From Octopus sinensis (Eukaryota), in contig NC_042997.1 in the NCBI RefSeq assembly GCF_006345805.1, forward strand, positions 135,532,001 through 135,596,000: a stretch of 64,000 nt of DNA, read 5' to 3'. This document shows positions 25,223 to 40,453 of the stretch, in pieces (the first letter of the stretch is position 1; each line of letters opens with the position of its first letter). The notes beneath the pieces were generated by a model. It was not told the origin of the DNA and did no database searches. It saw only the letters and a list, made by a program, of their open reading frames with translations. The position numbers and the translations under genes were made by a program.

Positions 25223-26359
25223 ATGAGTCAATAAAAAGAAAGCTATGATCATTTTTGCATTGCTTACCACGTGACCCTTGTAGATATATAAGAGCATATC
25301 TTCAAACGAAGCATTTGCATCAAAGGAATGATTTCACTTTGAAACCTAACATATATAAAACAATATCCATATTTATATTTTCGGTCACAATGTGAACGCG
25401 AGCAGTCCAGAGCTCCAAAAACTTTAAATACAAGTAAATTTGACGGTGAGGTCTGAAGATTCAGAAGGTAGCCTCTCAAATTTAGTTCAATTATACAGCT
25501 GCCACCCAAAACATAACCCAATAGGAATGACTGAACATTTGATTTTCCACTTAAACTTACCAGAGATGAGAAATGATCCTGTGTTACATGGTTTCTAGAT
25601 CTGCTAATAATACCACTTTTGATACACCAACCTCATATAAAGACACGAGAATTAGGCTTAATCTATGAGAGCTGACAACAAACAACTACATTTAAGTTTA
25701 CAATTGACATAGGTCTGCATGCCACTTCATCATTTTATTTAATTTTCAAAGCGATATGAAATGGTTTTTCTCTGTCTTTTCCTGACATGGATCGTTACTG
25801 GGTTCCGCCATTTAAATTATATTCCTTTCGCGTGCTACTTAAATTCGAAGTAACATTACTACATCATGTCGTTATATATAACGACTAAAGGATATTAAAA
25901 GATTCTCTTTTAAATCAAAATCACATCATTACTTAAATATGAATCTCTATTATATGTACCGTTTTCTACTTTTCTATTTTCCGAAATGTGTGACAGAAAT
26001 TATTTTACTAACACATTAATTTTCGCGAGACACATTGAGAAAGAATTTCGACTTTCGTATGTGACCCCGAATGAACTTTTAATTAGTATTTATATACATA
26101 CATTGACCATTTCTTAATGCAGCTGATGTTAAGTATCCTCTATAATAATTGGAAACTACATAACCATCAACTGAAATGGTAAATCCTTTGTTTATCATAG
26201 AAATGACACAGGTTAATGTTTTCATAACCTGTAATTATTTTAGCTTCATTATTTCAGTGGTCATATGACACGATGCGATTAGCTATATAGATAACGCACG
26301 GACAGAAACAAACAGACTTATATACACACATACATACACAAACATTCAGAAACATATAA

Positions 26360-26464
26360 ACATATATGTGTATGTATATATATATATATATAGATATATA
26401 TATGTATGTATGTAATTATGTATGTATGTATATATATATGTGTGTGTGTGGGTGTGTGTGTATA

Positions 26465-26550
<86 letters not shown>

Positions 26551-26551
26551 G

Positions 26552-26633
<82 letters not shown>

Positions 26634-26760
26634 TAAACACACACACACATGTATAAATCTAAATCTAGAGATAGATAAATAGTTATATGGCGGTTATGTA
26701 TATATATATATATATATATAATATATATATATATATACATATGCACACACACACACTACA
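26360..26760. repeat. (TA)n/(TG)n microsatellite block
   Basis: Direct reading. Confidence 0.95.
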
Positions 26761-27229
26761 CATACAGACACGCACATATTTGTCTTTGCACAATGACTTC
26801 AGAGTTTTCTTTGACATCTATTTTCTTACTTGTCATTGTTTTACTTTGTTATTAATAATATCATCTTTCATAAAACTCTCCCACTTTTGATAATAGCTTT
26901 TTAGTTTAATAAAACTCTGCACGTTATATATTTGCTTGCATCCACCTACAAGCATTTTTAATTAAATTTGTAACAATCATCGCGTAAATCTCGCATAAAT
27001 GCTATCACATAATCGCCTCATTTGTATGCTCAAAATGTTCCCATAGAACTTCACCAATACTAACAACAACACTACGTGCATTCTTAAGTATAATTCTAAA
27101 TACTGATACCGAGTATACTAACAAAATATGCGCATATAAATACATGTATATGCATCTGTGTGTCTACCAATTATGTATGAATACATGTATATGTATATGG
27201 ACACACATATATATGTATCTACGTATCAA

Positions 27230-27722
<493 letters not shown>

Positions 27723-28399
27723 GATTTTTCCTCACATCCATAAGATCCTAGCTTCAGTACTACTGTGTATTATGCTGGGGATGTGTCCTGTCCAAGTCTT
27801 GGAGCGTCTAAATGCTTGCAAGTGACAATGGAGTCCTTAGAAATTCAAAGAATCTATAGGTTATTTAGATATATGTCAGGGAGAAAATAAACGGAATTAA
27901 GTTTCGTCACAACGTGTCAGACCATTTTACGTGTGAGTTGTGCCGTATGTATACTAGAGTAATGACTTTAATTTTTTTCTGAAATTGAACATGGCCAGGT
28001 TGACTAGCTATGAGAAATGATGAGAAAACAGTGACTTGAAATTCATTATTTCTAAAACTTTCAAAAACCTCCCACACCAACTAATATTTCTATCTTCAAA
28101 CGCGTCACACTTGCATTGCCTTAATCAAACTCACATTACGTTCGACATTAGTGCTTCACGCTATTTCATTAGATTTAAAGGAGCTTATGATTGAAGTTAC
28201 TTCCTGGTCAAATGCCAATAACGATATATACAGTAGTAAAAGATGTTGTAGAGATAATCCATGAATGCATTATTCTTTCTATTACAGATATTGAAATATA
28301 TTGCTTTAATCAGTGTAATAAAAACATGAATCATGTCATTCAAGCACTCAAGTCAAACAGCTGCAGGAAACAAGAAAAAGTGGCAAAAAAATATAAAAC

Positions 28400-30347
28400 T
28401 TTCTGTTAAAAAGCGAAGAATAATAACGAATGCGTAACATGAGTTGACTCAACTAACTAGAATCCCCAGAAAATGCAGCATCATTGGAAGTTATAATGCA
28501 TTCGCAAAAGTTTAAAAATCCAGACATGCAAGAAATCATCTCATTGCTCAGGAGCTAGAAAATATGTGGGTAAAAATAGAATTTTCCGTGTATAAAATTA
28601 AAGTCTATTGCAAGAAAAGTAAATATTCTGTAGACAAGGTACTATACCCATTTGAAACGCTCGAAACCAGATCAATATTTTGAAGATTTGTTTGACATTA
28701 CTAACCAACATTGCAGCTGGTTATCTAAAGAAGACAAATACTTTTACAGTACACAAATTCAAAGTGGCGGTATAACTGGCTACACCAGATGTCGGTTAGC
28801 TATTGTTCATCCTTCAAATCGATCACCTTCCTCGTCAAGAGTGTCAGCTTTAACTTCACAAAGGTTCCTCCCGTATGCTAAATCAGATAAAGCAACGTGC
28901 CTAAAATATTACACAAATAATACACAAATGTTTTGCATGCATTGCTGTCACTAATATGTATCCAACTTATTGCAGATACATCATGATCATCATGATCATC
29001 AGGAACCCCTACTTCTGATTCAGCAGATGAAATCACATTACCAATAGACGAACAATTTGGAGCCTCTAAACAACAACATTACTCAACTCAGAACGCAATG
29101 AACTTAAGAATTTAAGCAGTCATAAAGCAGCCAAAGTTTGCAAACAGCTGAGAGAGGATGGAGTACTCCCCCCAACTTCATCACAGTCAGGAGTGTACAA
29201 AGCTGCAAAGATAAAACAGGAACTTAAAGAAACTTAAAAAAATGATCAGTGGGTGCTCCAGTTTGATGGAAATACTATGAATAGTAACGAAAGACAAGTT
29301 ATTGTAGTGAAAAACAACACAAGAGAAATTAGATTAGCAGCACTAACATTTAAGAATGGTAGAGAAGATACCATTTTCCAAGAGCTAAAGGAAGTTTTGA
29401 ATGATTATGAATTGTGGCCAGCAATCAATAGGATCATCACAGACACATGTAGTGTAAATACAGGAAAACATACTACAGTGGTCATTAAACTTCAGAACGA
29501 ATTTGTAAAGCGTGGAGATCCTGCGACTCAATACATCATGTGTTAGACCGCCTCCTAAAACATGTGATTGATGATACACTGAAAGGAAAAACTGCACCAC
29601 CAAATATATCATATCCGTTCATTGACGATTGAATTAAAAAAAACTATGAGGATTTGGTGGTAGAATAGAAACAAGGCGAAGCAAAACTTCAAATGGATGA
29701 TAATCCAAGTTGGAGAGATAACCTTAAGTTTTTATTTGAACTTGGTCATGCTTTCCGATTTTATCAGCAACAAAGCATTTTCCCAGAAAATAAGTTTAGA
29801 AAACTTGCTAGACTTAGATATGTACGTTGGGATTCATGAGCAACCTTGGCCATTCTCACATACATGTTTCCACCACAAAGTAGAGAAAAACTACGATGTG
29901 TGTTGTTTTATCAGCGGAAACTGGATGGAAATATGGTTTTGTGACTAAATGTTTGAAAGCATGGCCTACAAGAAACTTTCATAAGCAGTTTCTGGATATA
30001 CTAAAGCAAGCAAATGTTTAAAAGTTAATTGGAATCTTGAAGAATTAGTAATTCAAGACGTTCAGTAAAAATAGAGGAATTAGATTGCCTTGTTTTAACT
30101 AACAAAGATCTTTGAAAACTGCTGTTGTACAAGGCTGCACTTATTACATTAACAATGCATAAGAGTACGTCTTATTCCTTGAACAATATATGCATGTCCA
30201 TAGTAAAAGTGGGGTCAAATATATTGTCATCGGTGTGAGAGTTTTTTGAGTCATAGAAAGTATCGATTATAATTTTTTTTGTCATTATACCATAAAGTTC
30301 AGCATACTGTACCTTGCCCTTACTCGACTTGAAAAATCATCACCCTA
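28400..30347 (+). pseudogene. Degenerate hAT-superfamily (hATm-like) transposase remnant
   Basis: LQFDG..ERQVIV..IRLAAL..IITDTCSVNTG..QYIMC (compare the FDG / DTxxxNTG / CxxH motifs); a minus-strand TAGGGTG terminus candidate ends at 30347. Confidence 0.55.
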
Positions 30348-30589
30348 GGGTTCACGTGCTTTTGGAATACATTACATCTGTGAGTAGAACGCTCGTCTGA
30401 TCGAAAAACTATACATACATTGAATCCGACAGAAAATACCATCATTGAATATATATATACACAAGTTAATGGACAAACGAAAGAAGGCGCTCAACACACT
30501 TATTTGGAGTTACATGTATGAATCATAAGTTTGATTCAAATTCGTTGGTACATCCAGTTTTAATCGTGATGCTAATCTTCAGCCATTTT

Positions 30590-32067
30590 GAATTTGAACG
30601 AATGCATATGCTAGGAGTATCGTCTCTTTATGTCATTAGCTGTCGTACCTGTATAGTGCCTAGGGACGCCGTCGAATGGTATAAAAGTGGATCTATATAC
30701 TACGGCCCTTGAGAGGCAGGATCCTTGTAAAAGGCAGGTGGTGGGATTTCGGAAGTTGCCGGTTGCAGGTGGAGATGTGCGCGTGCAGTTTTACGTCTGT
30801 TGTTGCGTGCGATGTTAGATGCGACGTTGTCTGAGCAAGAGAAACTCACCTTGACATTATGGGTGGGGTTGAAGAGTTTGTAATACTTATGACCACTGAG
30901 GAAGTGTTTCATAATTAACGACGCGAAGCTCCTAGGTACCTTAAATCTAGGTTGAAATGGAGAGGGTTATACCAGATAATTTTCCTCTTCCTAATCTTTT
31001 TGGAGCGAAAAGAGGAAATTTGGGGATTGTCCATATATGTGAGCGTCTCAGTAAACCCGCTCCTAGCCAAAACATTCTTGTAGTGATAGGGCGGCCCAAT
31101 TAAATATCTCCTTATTGGCCGAGATAGTTGTTTGCTAATGCCTGAAAACAGGTTTCTAATTACAGCTTTTGTGGATGTTTACCGTTTCCTCGTTAGGCTT
31201 CCTGTACGAGTAATACATGCTCGTGTTTAGGTCTAAGGTTACGTCCAAGAAATCGACCGTAGTAAGGATGTTGGTAACCGTTATGGAGAGGCCGAACTAC
31301 TTAATTACTTTTATCAAGTCCTTTCTTGAACCTGTCTATGGCGTGGTCGTTTATATGGATTGAGATAGCCACGCCGTCATCCCTAAAGAGGGCCGACCTA
31401 TGAGGATAGGTACATCTCTTGAGGGTATACAAAATGTATACCCCGACGATGTCGGCGATTTCAGCCCTATCAAAGCTCAACATAGAGACATCGAACACTG
31501 GATTACCATCTTTATTCACCCAGAAGCAATCGTTGTGGATCAGAATTGACTTTCTACCATTCATGATAATTTTGATATACACTAATGCTAGTGTATTGCT
31601 CAGCAACACTTAGGGCATTTAGAAAGATGGGCGTATATATGGAAGGGTAGAAATCGACAATGTCGAACTGAGTGATTCTGCAGGCTCATTTATTCTCGAT
31701 ACTGCGGAACCAGTCGATTACGGCTGTGCTGGAGTTCCATGGAGTCAACCCTGTAGCCCATAGGATATCGGAGTTGATAGTATCGAGAATACGTTTCCTA
31801 TCTCGCTTTGTTGGTGGGGGGTCGGCTTGCATTTGGGATTGAAGAACATATTGGGCTTATGGTCCTTAAGAGTAATGCGGTGGGCTGCATGGTAAGTCAG
31901 TCCACGCGATCCTCTATATTAAGGCGGATAGCTAGCTCCATTGTTTCTGTGTTTATGTCATTGCATGTGGAATAACGGGTTTTCTAGTATGTTTCGGTGA
32001 TGGTGCTTTAATGAAGTCTTTAGAGTGTGGAAGTGTTTATTTCCTAAATGTTCTTTGCTTTGTCTGC
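30590..32067 (-). mobile_element. Penelope-like element: RT plus GIY-YIG endonuclease (decayed)
   Basis: TLKDHKP, FDIVDFYPSI, FDVSMLSFDRAEIAD, LFRDDG, FLDVTL, then CLSRAVVYR..HYTGTT..KRRYS.HMHSF. Confidence 0.9.
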
Positions 32068-32299
32068 AAATTCAGGCTGGAGATGAGTTGGGTGCCTCTA
32101 ATAGCTTGCATGTCAGTAGTCTTAAGCAGACCATACATTGTTAGTTTTATTAAGTTATGGTCTGAGAAAATCGTCGGTGTCACCTTAACATTAGAGACCA
32201 GCGCCACGTTATTATTGAAACAGAGGTCCAGGACATGTTTCCCTTCGTTGGGTGGAGCACTATTTGTGCATTAGAGGGTATGTTTATGAGATAAAGCAG

Positions 32300-32334
<35 letters not shown>

Positions 32335-32355
32335 CATATATATATACACACACAC

Positions 32356-32450
<95 letters not shown>

Positions 32451-32690
32451 GGACCAGAGGGCAGTGCAATTCCAGAGTTAGAATCGGTGCATGACCTGAG
32501 AATCCACATGAGTGCTAATGCAAAGTCCACGTGCCTATTGCTAGGATGGCAACACTGTGCATGCGAGTAGCTGGATGGTTCCTTAGATCTTAGATCATTT
32601 AGACCCAGAATTATGGATATCTTGTTACTCTTGACCAAAAACAGTACCGAAAGGAGACCCCAAAACACTGAAAGGAGGTGCTTCATTAAG
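32068..32690 (-). pseudogene. CR1-type AP-endonuclease fragment split by a (TA)n tract (32300-32448)
   Basis: [24 protein letters not shown] (APE C-terminal motifs); upstream ISIILG-like motif. Confidence 0.7.
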
Positions 32691-35466
32691 GTCCCAGCTT
32701 CTGGCTGAAATCAGTACAAGAATAAAAGCAAAGAATATATATAATGCAATAATATTATATCGTATATATATTCCGATTTAAAGCGACATTTATATATAAA
32801 CAAACTGACTGAAAAATGATGAGCTAACCTTAGCCAGAATCGAACACATATATCAACGCTTACATGACTACGTGCACATTGATTGGGTCAAACGCTCATC
32901 CATCAATTTCAGCCAAAGTTTACAAATATATACTTAAACTTTATGATACTACATACTATATTCATAAATAAACCAGAAGGCTTAGTAAGTTACGGAGAGA
33001 AAGCGATTATGGAAGTATATTGGTACAAAAATAACTATAACAATATATCATAATAATGATATGTATATCTTCCGGATGTTTTCGTTAATAATAGTATATA
33101 TACATATAATACGTCGTTCTCTAAGAAATGCTACTAACAGAAGACATACATCGCAATCTCGGTATATACTCAATTGAGCCTACTGTTTCTAGCTCTTTTA
33201 ACTGTCCAGTGTCTTGTGCATTGCTACCTCCCAATTCAACTATTATATCACTGTCTCCGAGTTTTCTCTCCGTGAATGCAGATATTTGGAATTACTAACA
33301 CATTTAAAGTTCGCACCCTTTCATAATTTAGTACCTTGTTTTGGGTGACGAGAAACCAGAAACTATTTTATTCCCTTTGGAACGTACTCCGACTAGTTCT
33401 TCAGCTTACTCAACTCAATATAATATTAGTTAAGCTTCTATGACTGTATTAGAAGATCTATATAATATACTTAATCTGTATTAGTAATTAATGTTGCAGA
33501 ACATTTATTTTTTGATGAGCTTGGAAAACTCTTTCGCTGCCTTTGAAGTTGTAATTCGAATGCACTATCAGTAATTATGCTGCTGATTTCTCAACGACAT
33601 ATGTATCAACATCATATGATAAAAAACTGAATGACGGCACCTTAATAGACAATGTTATTGCATCTATGATGGAGCCATGGATACTACTGGCTCAGTGAAA
33701 TAAACCGAATGTGTTGTTGAGATTCACAAACGAATTATGTATAGCATTGTCTAAATATATTATTCGTTTCATATATATATATATATGTTTCTCCCATAAA
33801 TTTCTTTGACGTCCTTCTGCGTCACATCTTTCATTGTTATTCATTGTATCGGTACGGACGCATACTTACCCAACTACAAGTGATCTACTTATTGTGTGAC
33901 AGCTGGTTTACGCACTTTTATTCTTCTTTATATTCATCTCTCTATAGTTTTCTACCTCTAAATACATTTCAAAGTTTCCCCTTGATATTCAACATTCTAT
34001 TCTATTCTGCCTAATTTCTTTCATTGTTTGCTCTCATTTATCTTTCCATCATTGAATTTTTCTATCCAACCTACCCTCTTTTAGCTATCTGTCTATCTAC
34101 CTATCTCTCTATCTACCTATCTCACTATCTATCTTTTTATCTCTCTATACATTTATCTCTGTACCTATCTTTCTGTTCGTCACTCACATTTTTACTACTA
34201 CCTTCTCCGTCTTCACTATCTCTATAATATCTTTTCTCTCTCACACCTCCTCTATATTCTTTACAATCTCCTATAGATTTTCCTTCTCTCCCAATCAAAA
34301 GGCCACACAAGGCCCTCCTCTTTCTGTTCTCGTGATACTCGTTCTTTATTTAACTGACTGCTGAATTCGTCGAATGCTTCCTTCATACCTCTCGGCTTGT
34401 TTAATTTACTTAATTTTTCCTCATGCCCTAAAGGCACATTATCTTTTCTATTAGCTTAAGTCGCACAACTTATATTATAAACGTGTCGCAAGGTTAAGAG
34501 ATATTCAGTATATACATATACACGTTTGTTTCGTTTTGTATTTCACCCGTTTTCCTCACAACACCATACGTTTCAGTTATTGGCTTTGTCTATAATTTTG
34601 TTTCTTTTTTTATGTTTCTCCCGCATATTTGTTTTTTCTTGAGTCTGCCTCAAATTTTGATACTGAGTAGGTTGTATTTTCCACGTTCTCTCTTGTTGTA
34701 AATATGGCAATAAATCAAGTTTTCTTTTTGTATAGTATTTCATATAATTATATCCGGCTCCCTTGTAAAACTTTATGTCACTTTTCAACTTGAGTTACTT
34801 TTGATTTTATGAGTGAAATATAGTTAGTTACAGTAAGTGAAATGTAATTAGCTATAAAAAACTATAGAAGGGTAGGTATAACGAAAACTAAAAAGAAGGT
34901 AACAAGCTGTCGCACAATAGGCAGATCGTTGGTATTCGGGAAAATATGAGTGCGTATCGATACAAGGAATAACAGTGAAAGATGTACAGAAGGACGTCAA
35001 AGAAATTTACGGGGAAAATACATATATATGTAACGAATTATATATTTAGACAATGCTATACAAAACTCATGCTCATTTTGAATATACCTATATCTTGTTC
35101 CACTGGGGTCAATGAGGACCAACTGTTCTGCTAATCACACCTCTCAAAGCAGAATAGCTATTCTTTTGCATCCAAAATAAAATAGACCCTTTTTCATTAG
35201 GATTTACCAGTTTACGATAGTTCTTCTCACTTAAGATTATCTCTCCTAATTCGGAGTTGGTCGCAGTTGACCACAGCTTATCGTTTCTTGATACGAAGAT
35301 ACTGTCGGTAAACCATGTATCTATTTCATGCGGTATTTAATATATCTTTAGTCATTTTTGCTACCTAAATTCTTTTAGCTTGTAATATATACATACGGAC
35401 ATATATTCGCACACACACGCACGCACACATGCACATACACACATACATGTATGCACGCTCACACAT

Positions 35467-35524
<58 letters not shown>

Positions 35525-35649
35525 ATATATATATATATATATATAAAGTTAATCCAAACATGAAAATACAAAGAGAAAACACAACAACGCGAGGACGTGG
35601 AACAAGTATAGTGTTATTGGACGCTCAGGAAAGGAAAGAAAGAAGGGGG

Positions 35650-35684
35650 ATTTAACGTTTCGAGCGGAGCTCTTCGTCAGAAAC
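35650..35684 (-). ncRNA. Minimal type I hammerhead-like motif, intact core
   Basis: Minus strand gttt-CTGACGA-A-GAGC(tcc)GCTC-GAAA-CGT-T-aaat. Confidence 0.6.
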
Positions 35685-37529
35685 ACAGGAAAAGGAAAGA
35701 TCCAAGGAAGGGAAAACGGAAGGAAAAAATCGCCAACGATACACACGCGGTCACATTATATATATATATATATATATCAACTCGTGTGTTCCTTTTCAAC
35801 CTTCTACATACATATACACACACACACACACACACATACACAGAGAGACACAAGTGAGTGTACAAAGCGAAAGCAAAATGGTCTCAACACATTTAGTAGA
35901 AGTTACATATACTATTATTTAAAACAGTTTATTTCGGCTCCATGCAACTTAAGTTTCGCAGGTTTCTTAAAAAAAAACTAGTTCTTTCAGTCCCAATAAC
36001 TGGGACGCTATTGGTCAAGACAGGTTACATAGTGTTGTTAGAAGTGAGATGGACATTTTAGCGACACCCGATTCATTGGGAAAAGAAGAAGAATCTCTTC
36101 GCCTGAGCGGCTGGACGAGAAGTTAGCGATGCGTTGGTGCCTGGCTGGCCTATGAACGGACTTTGAATGGATTTGCACGCCGACAGGAAACATGGCTGGT
36201 GAGTGTGTGTGTATAAGATTATGAGTGTAGATGTGGCGTCCTATGTCTATATGTGTGTGTATGTGTGTGTCAGTTATGCGTGTATATACGGGTGGTGGTA
36301 TTTGTTTGTGTGTAAGCTAGCGTATGGGAGGAATGGCATGTAGCTGAAGGTTGATGGCATCATCTCGTTAATGCGTATGTACGTGCTTGGCACGGTGTGA
36401 TATGTATGGGTGCGGGTGCATACCAGCCGTGGCCTGAGTACTCGCACCCGCGAATGTGTAGGTGTATATATCTCAGTTGTGCATATCAGCTGAGCTTGTG
36501 TTATTGTTTGTATGAGTGAGTGTTTGTTTGGACGAGTGTATGTGAGAGAGGGGGTGTATGTGTGTATCAGCGAATACGTGTGCATTAATGACTACCGTAT
36601 TCGAGTGCGCGCACCAATATATTTAAGATATAACATGCTCATATATGCAGGGGGAAAAGCAAGGAGATATACCAGGATACACACATACGTGTATCTTTTT
36701 GGTAGGGTAATTTTCTTCTTACTGTCATCGTAAGTGAGATAAGTCCACTTTTATCTTATTTGTTTATTGCGGTGAATGGTGGGGGTGGGGGTACCGGCCG
36801 AAACAAGAACTAATTACTTTCTGTTCAATATAAGGCATCAGTTTTTAAATAAGCTGAAGGTACTAAATCAGGAGAGATCAGGGGATGTGCAAGATTTTCC
36901 CGTCCAAACACTTCAAACTTAACAGCAATGAGCTTCACGTTACCATGACGGAAAATGTTTCGGTGAAGTGATTTTAAAGTGAATGAGATTTATCACATCC
37001 CAGAAATTACTCAACAAAGCCTTGTTAGGTTGAAGGTCCTGCTGTGTTTGAAGTGTTGCTTGCTGTCCTGATGAAAACCATTGATTTGGTTTGTGCCAAT
37101 TTTATAAAACACCCTCTTTACATTACCAGTAAGAAAACTATCTAAAACTTGGGATTGAACTTGCTGTGCATAAACACCAACACAGGGGCCATTATCTCTG
37201 ACCTGTGACTTTCTGTTTGTGAGGAATTCATTTGCCGAAATTAAAACCCAATCCAAATTGTTGTGGATGGAGGGACGCAGTGCAGAGTGATAAATTAAGT
37301 GCTTTTGCTAGTTACATTGCTATTTATCTTAAGTACTGCTTCAGTTTTTCATTATTAATGAAAACAGGCGTTCACAGTTGAAATCCCCAGCATGATAATA
37401 CCTTTGAAGAACATGAAACTGTGGAACTTGTTACGTTAATATAAATAGAATCTTTTTAAGACCGCAAAGTGCTTTTTCAACTTAATTGGTTCTATACTTC
37501 TGCTCCTGTGATAAAATATTTCCTTGTAT

Positions 37530-37552
37530 GCATATATGTGTGTGTGTGTGTA

Positions 37553-37583
<31 letters not shown>

Positions 37584-37680
37584 TGTGTGTGTGGAGTGTG
37601 TGTGTGTGTGTGGTGTGGAGTGCGTGTGTGTGTGTGTATGCGTGTGTGTGTGTGTGTATGCGTGTGTGTGTGTGTGTTAT
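37530..37680. repeat. (TG)n microsatellite
   Basis: Direct reading. Confidence 0.95.
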
Positions 37681-38737
37681 GTGTATATCTAGGAGTATAT
37701 CTAGTTTTTTCTTTCCAATTATTCCGCAACACTTTTTTCTCTGTAGTGAAAGGAATTTTTTTCCGCTGCACTCCAAATGCTTTCTATTTCACTTAAATAA
37801 AGCCATCACAAAAGTCAATGACGCATTCAAGTGGACAGAAACCGAAGTTTAAATAAATAATGTATCTATGACATATTAGTTAGTATGATATCAGCGTAAA
37901 AATTAACGCTTGGAAGATTATCTTAAAATCACTCGGATAGTAAGCATGCGATGGAAATATTATGTATGTTACGATGAAAAAGGATAAAGTATTTTCCTTT
38001 CGGAAATCAAATGACATTGATAAATTAACATCGATTTTTTGGCCATTTTGTTATGTAACTTAAAGAGATATATACAAAAGCCGTCTGCTTTAATCTCTTT
38101 TATACTGAATGTGTACTGTAAACGCATAACTGCTTTTGAGTAGACCTGCAATATTATTAAAATTTCATTTATCAAATACGATTACATTTTTTTCCATAGA
38201 TTGTCACAATATAATCTATGACTTAGTCATATTTCATAAATGAAAATCTATACTAGATGGGTGAGATTTGTTGTTCACAAATTTCAGCATTGTAAGTCCA
38301 GAAGCGTTTGTCAAATTTTTAAGCTGCGCGTAGGCGTAGATATTTATATATGAAATTTAAAATATAACAATGACTTACTGACAAACTATTTTCATTATAC
38401 CAACTAGACATTAGAAAGTACTTCATTTAATTCAACAATGATTTCTTAAATGAAATGTCGTTACCTTTTCAGCGACAGTTATAGAATTCGTTTTAAATAA
38501 ATAAATAACATATAATTCAAATAAAATATAGTTAAAAAAATTTAAAGTTGAATTTCTTCTTGCAAATGAGAACATATATTGATTCTTGATATTTTCTTTC
38601 ACCTATTTCTGTTGATGCGTCTTTACATATGAAATTTCTAAAAAAAATTAAAATATGAACAAAACATATTTCAGCTTTGAATTGAAAATTAACAATGGAG
38701 TATACGGTAATACTGACGCCCATAATCAACCTTCTTC

Positions 38738-38939
38738 TGTTTAAATTTTATCAAATTAAAGTACTTACAAATCGGAAAATATGCATACAAAATACTTGTA
38801 TCGAGGTTCGAAAACTTTTTGGAAACTTGGTTTCTAACTCAAGTTTAAAACGTATCAAAAAGAAGAAAACGAATTCTTTACAAATCTATGACCACTCTTC
38901 TTCAATACAAAGAATCACATGCAGAAACGCACACACACA

Positions 38940-39003
<64 letters not shown>

Positions 39004-39965
39004 ACGCATCTGCACGCACACCCCCACACACATAAAGGCACATACGCGCACACGCACTTACAGACACACACGTACACGCGTTGTGGGCACAACGCCCACA
39101 AAAAATCAAAGAAAGTGACGCACACACAGAATTAGTAAAAGAATTGTTTCACCTTCATGTGATGTATTTGTTATGTTTTATTTAAATATCTGTCTTAACA
39201 CTTTCCCTTACACATGTGTTAACTAATACAATTGTAATTTTCTTTCTGGCCATGAACTGACATGAGATTAATTTAGATAAAACTATTGTCATGATATTGA
39301 TTCACATTAGATATTCATTCATCACGTATTCTACATATAATCTGACTAAAACCTCTCTAGTTTTCGGAGATTAAACGAACCTATTAATTTATTTAAATCA
39401 AGAGAGGAATCTACAGACAGGACAATATAATAACTCAATGACAAATTTATCAGGTCCGCTCCTAACTATTTTTGTATATCTCCTACTACTTGCTACTGGT
39501 GAACCATACAAAAAAAGTATATATATTCATTTCAAATATACGAATGCGTCAAATACGAAAATATTAAGCAAGTCTTCATTTAAAAGTTCATTTCGATACA
39601 TAGCCTGTGAAAAAAAGAACAACACCACATGAGGGAAATGAATATAAGAACCAATGACACGACCGTGGAGCAAGTGGTAGTGAATTACAAGGTACGGAAA
39701 TTAGAGAAACCATCGCACGGGGAGTATTAGCTGACAGGATTTTGTTTTATTATTAAAGAAGCACAGAATAATAAAGAAAGAAACACGAGAATAATGTAGA
39801 TAACAAGTCAGTACATTGCTCATCGCCTCTAGAAATATATTCAGATCACTGAAAATGTTCAAAATTTTGCTGTAGCTTTTTAATTGTGGATAACATAACT
39901 AAACTATCACGCTCATATATGTATGCATTCAGCCACATATACATAAATACATGCATATATATGTG

Positions 39966-40032
<67 letters not shown>

Positions 40033-40392
40033 CATACATACATACATACTACATACATACATACATACATACATACATACATACATACATACTTACATAC
40101 ATAAACACAGACATCTGAGGTTCTGCTGAGCAGCTTCTCTTCCATAGAGCTGTGCTTGGCAGCGTGAAACAGTAATGCAGAAACCTGATGACTGTTTGGC
40201 TAAATTAGAATATTTTGTTTAAATTTTATCAAATTAAAGTACTTACAAATCGGAAAATGTGCATACAAAATACTCGAAAACTCTTTGGGAACTGGTTTCT
40301 AACTCAAGTTTAAAACGTATCAAAAACAAGAAAACGAATTCTTTACAAATCTATGACCACTCTTCTTCAATACAAAGAAGCACACGCAGAAA

Positions 40393-40453
<61 letters not shown>

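Noticed and set aside
37011-37256. 81-aa minus-strand ORF with EFLTNRKSQVRDNG
   Set aside because: Only a short CR1-RT-like resemblance with no further motifs; cannot call exon or LINE.
39438-39632. Signal-peptide-like ORF (MTNLSGPLLTIFVYLLLLATG)
   Set aside because: Short; the hydrophobic run derives partly from low-complexity ctacta sequence; no other support.
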